From Octopus sinensis (taxonomy: Eukaryota), in contig NC_042999.1 in assembly GCF_006345805.1 (NCBI RefSeq), positions 95,170,001-95,234,000 of the forward strand: DNA of 64,000 nt, written 5' to 3'. This document shows positions 63,895 through 64,000 of the stretch, piece by piece. Position numbers and translations under genes: made by a program. Under the pieces are notes generated by a model, which worked only from the letters and a program-made list of their open reading frames with translations, did no database searches and was not told the origin of the DNA. Numbering within the stretch: the stretch's first letter is position 1; each line of letters begins with the position of its first letter.

Positions 63895-64000
63895 CTTGCT
63901 TGTAGTGCTAAGTTCACTTCGCTCATACAGAAACAGTTGTAATATTTTGGACATTCTGAGTTCAAATTCTACCAAGGTTGACTTTGCCTTTCATCTTTAC
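63895..64000 (+). mobile_element. SINE (second family), cut by window end
   Basis: ttctgagttcaaattctaccaaggttgactttgcctttcatc matches the head and core of 43352-43570. Confidence 0.75.

Overview
AT-rich, microsatellite-dense animal genomic DNA. The SINE and MITE families and the (TA)n/(CA)n/(TACA)n load look like an Octopus genome (inference). I could not identify a host protein-coding gene with confidence; almost all ORFs in the track are microsatellite or antisense artefacts. The window is mostly transposable elements. The only long ORF (minus, 29492-32479) belongs to a young, 5'-truncated RTE-clade LINE (27829-32478). It encodes an APE endonuclease and reverse transcriptase with no stops, has a C4HC3 PHD finger inserted inside the RT, and has a 1.6-kb 3' UTR built as a nested higher-order repeat. 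Manual translation revealed decayed elements the ORF track misses: several more RTE copies, Penelope-like RT and GIY-YIG relics, a Ty1/copia RT, a CRE-like restriction-endonuclease C-terminus, a POGK/Passer-type pogo transposase (DD35D) and Tigger fragments. There are also hAT-, piggyBac-, Merlin- and Helitron-like non-autonomous elements. Several Penelope-type terminal repeats carry hammerhead-ribozyme-like motifs, one of them duplicated as a ~350-bp near-perfect palindrome with a U3:A8 core variant. A ~5-kb CpG-retaining zone (38.8-43.8 kb) with outward-facing splice donors may be a divergent promoter.
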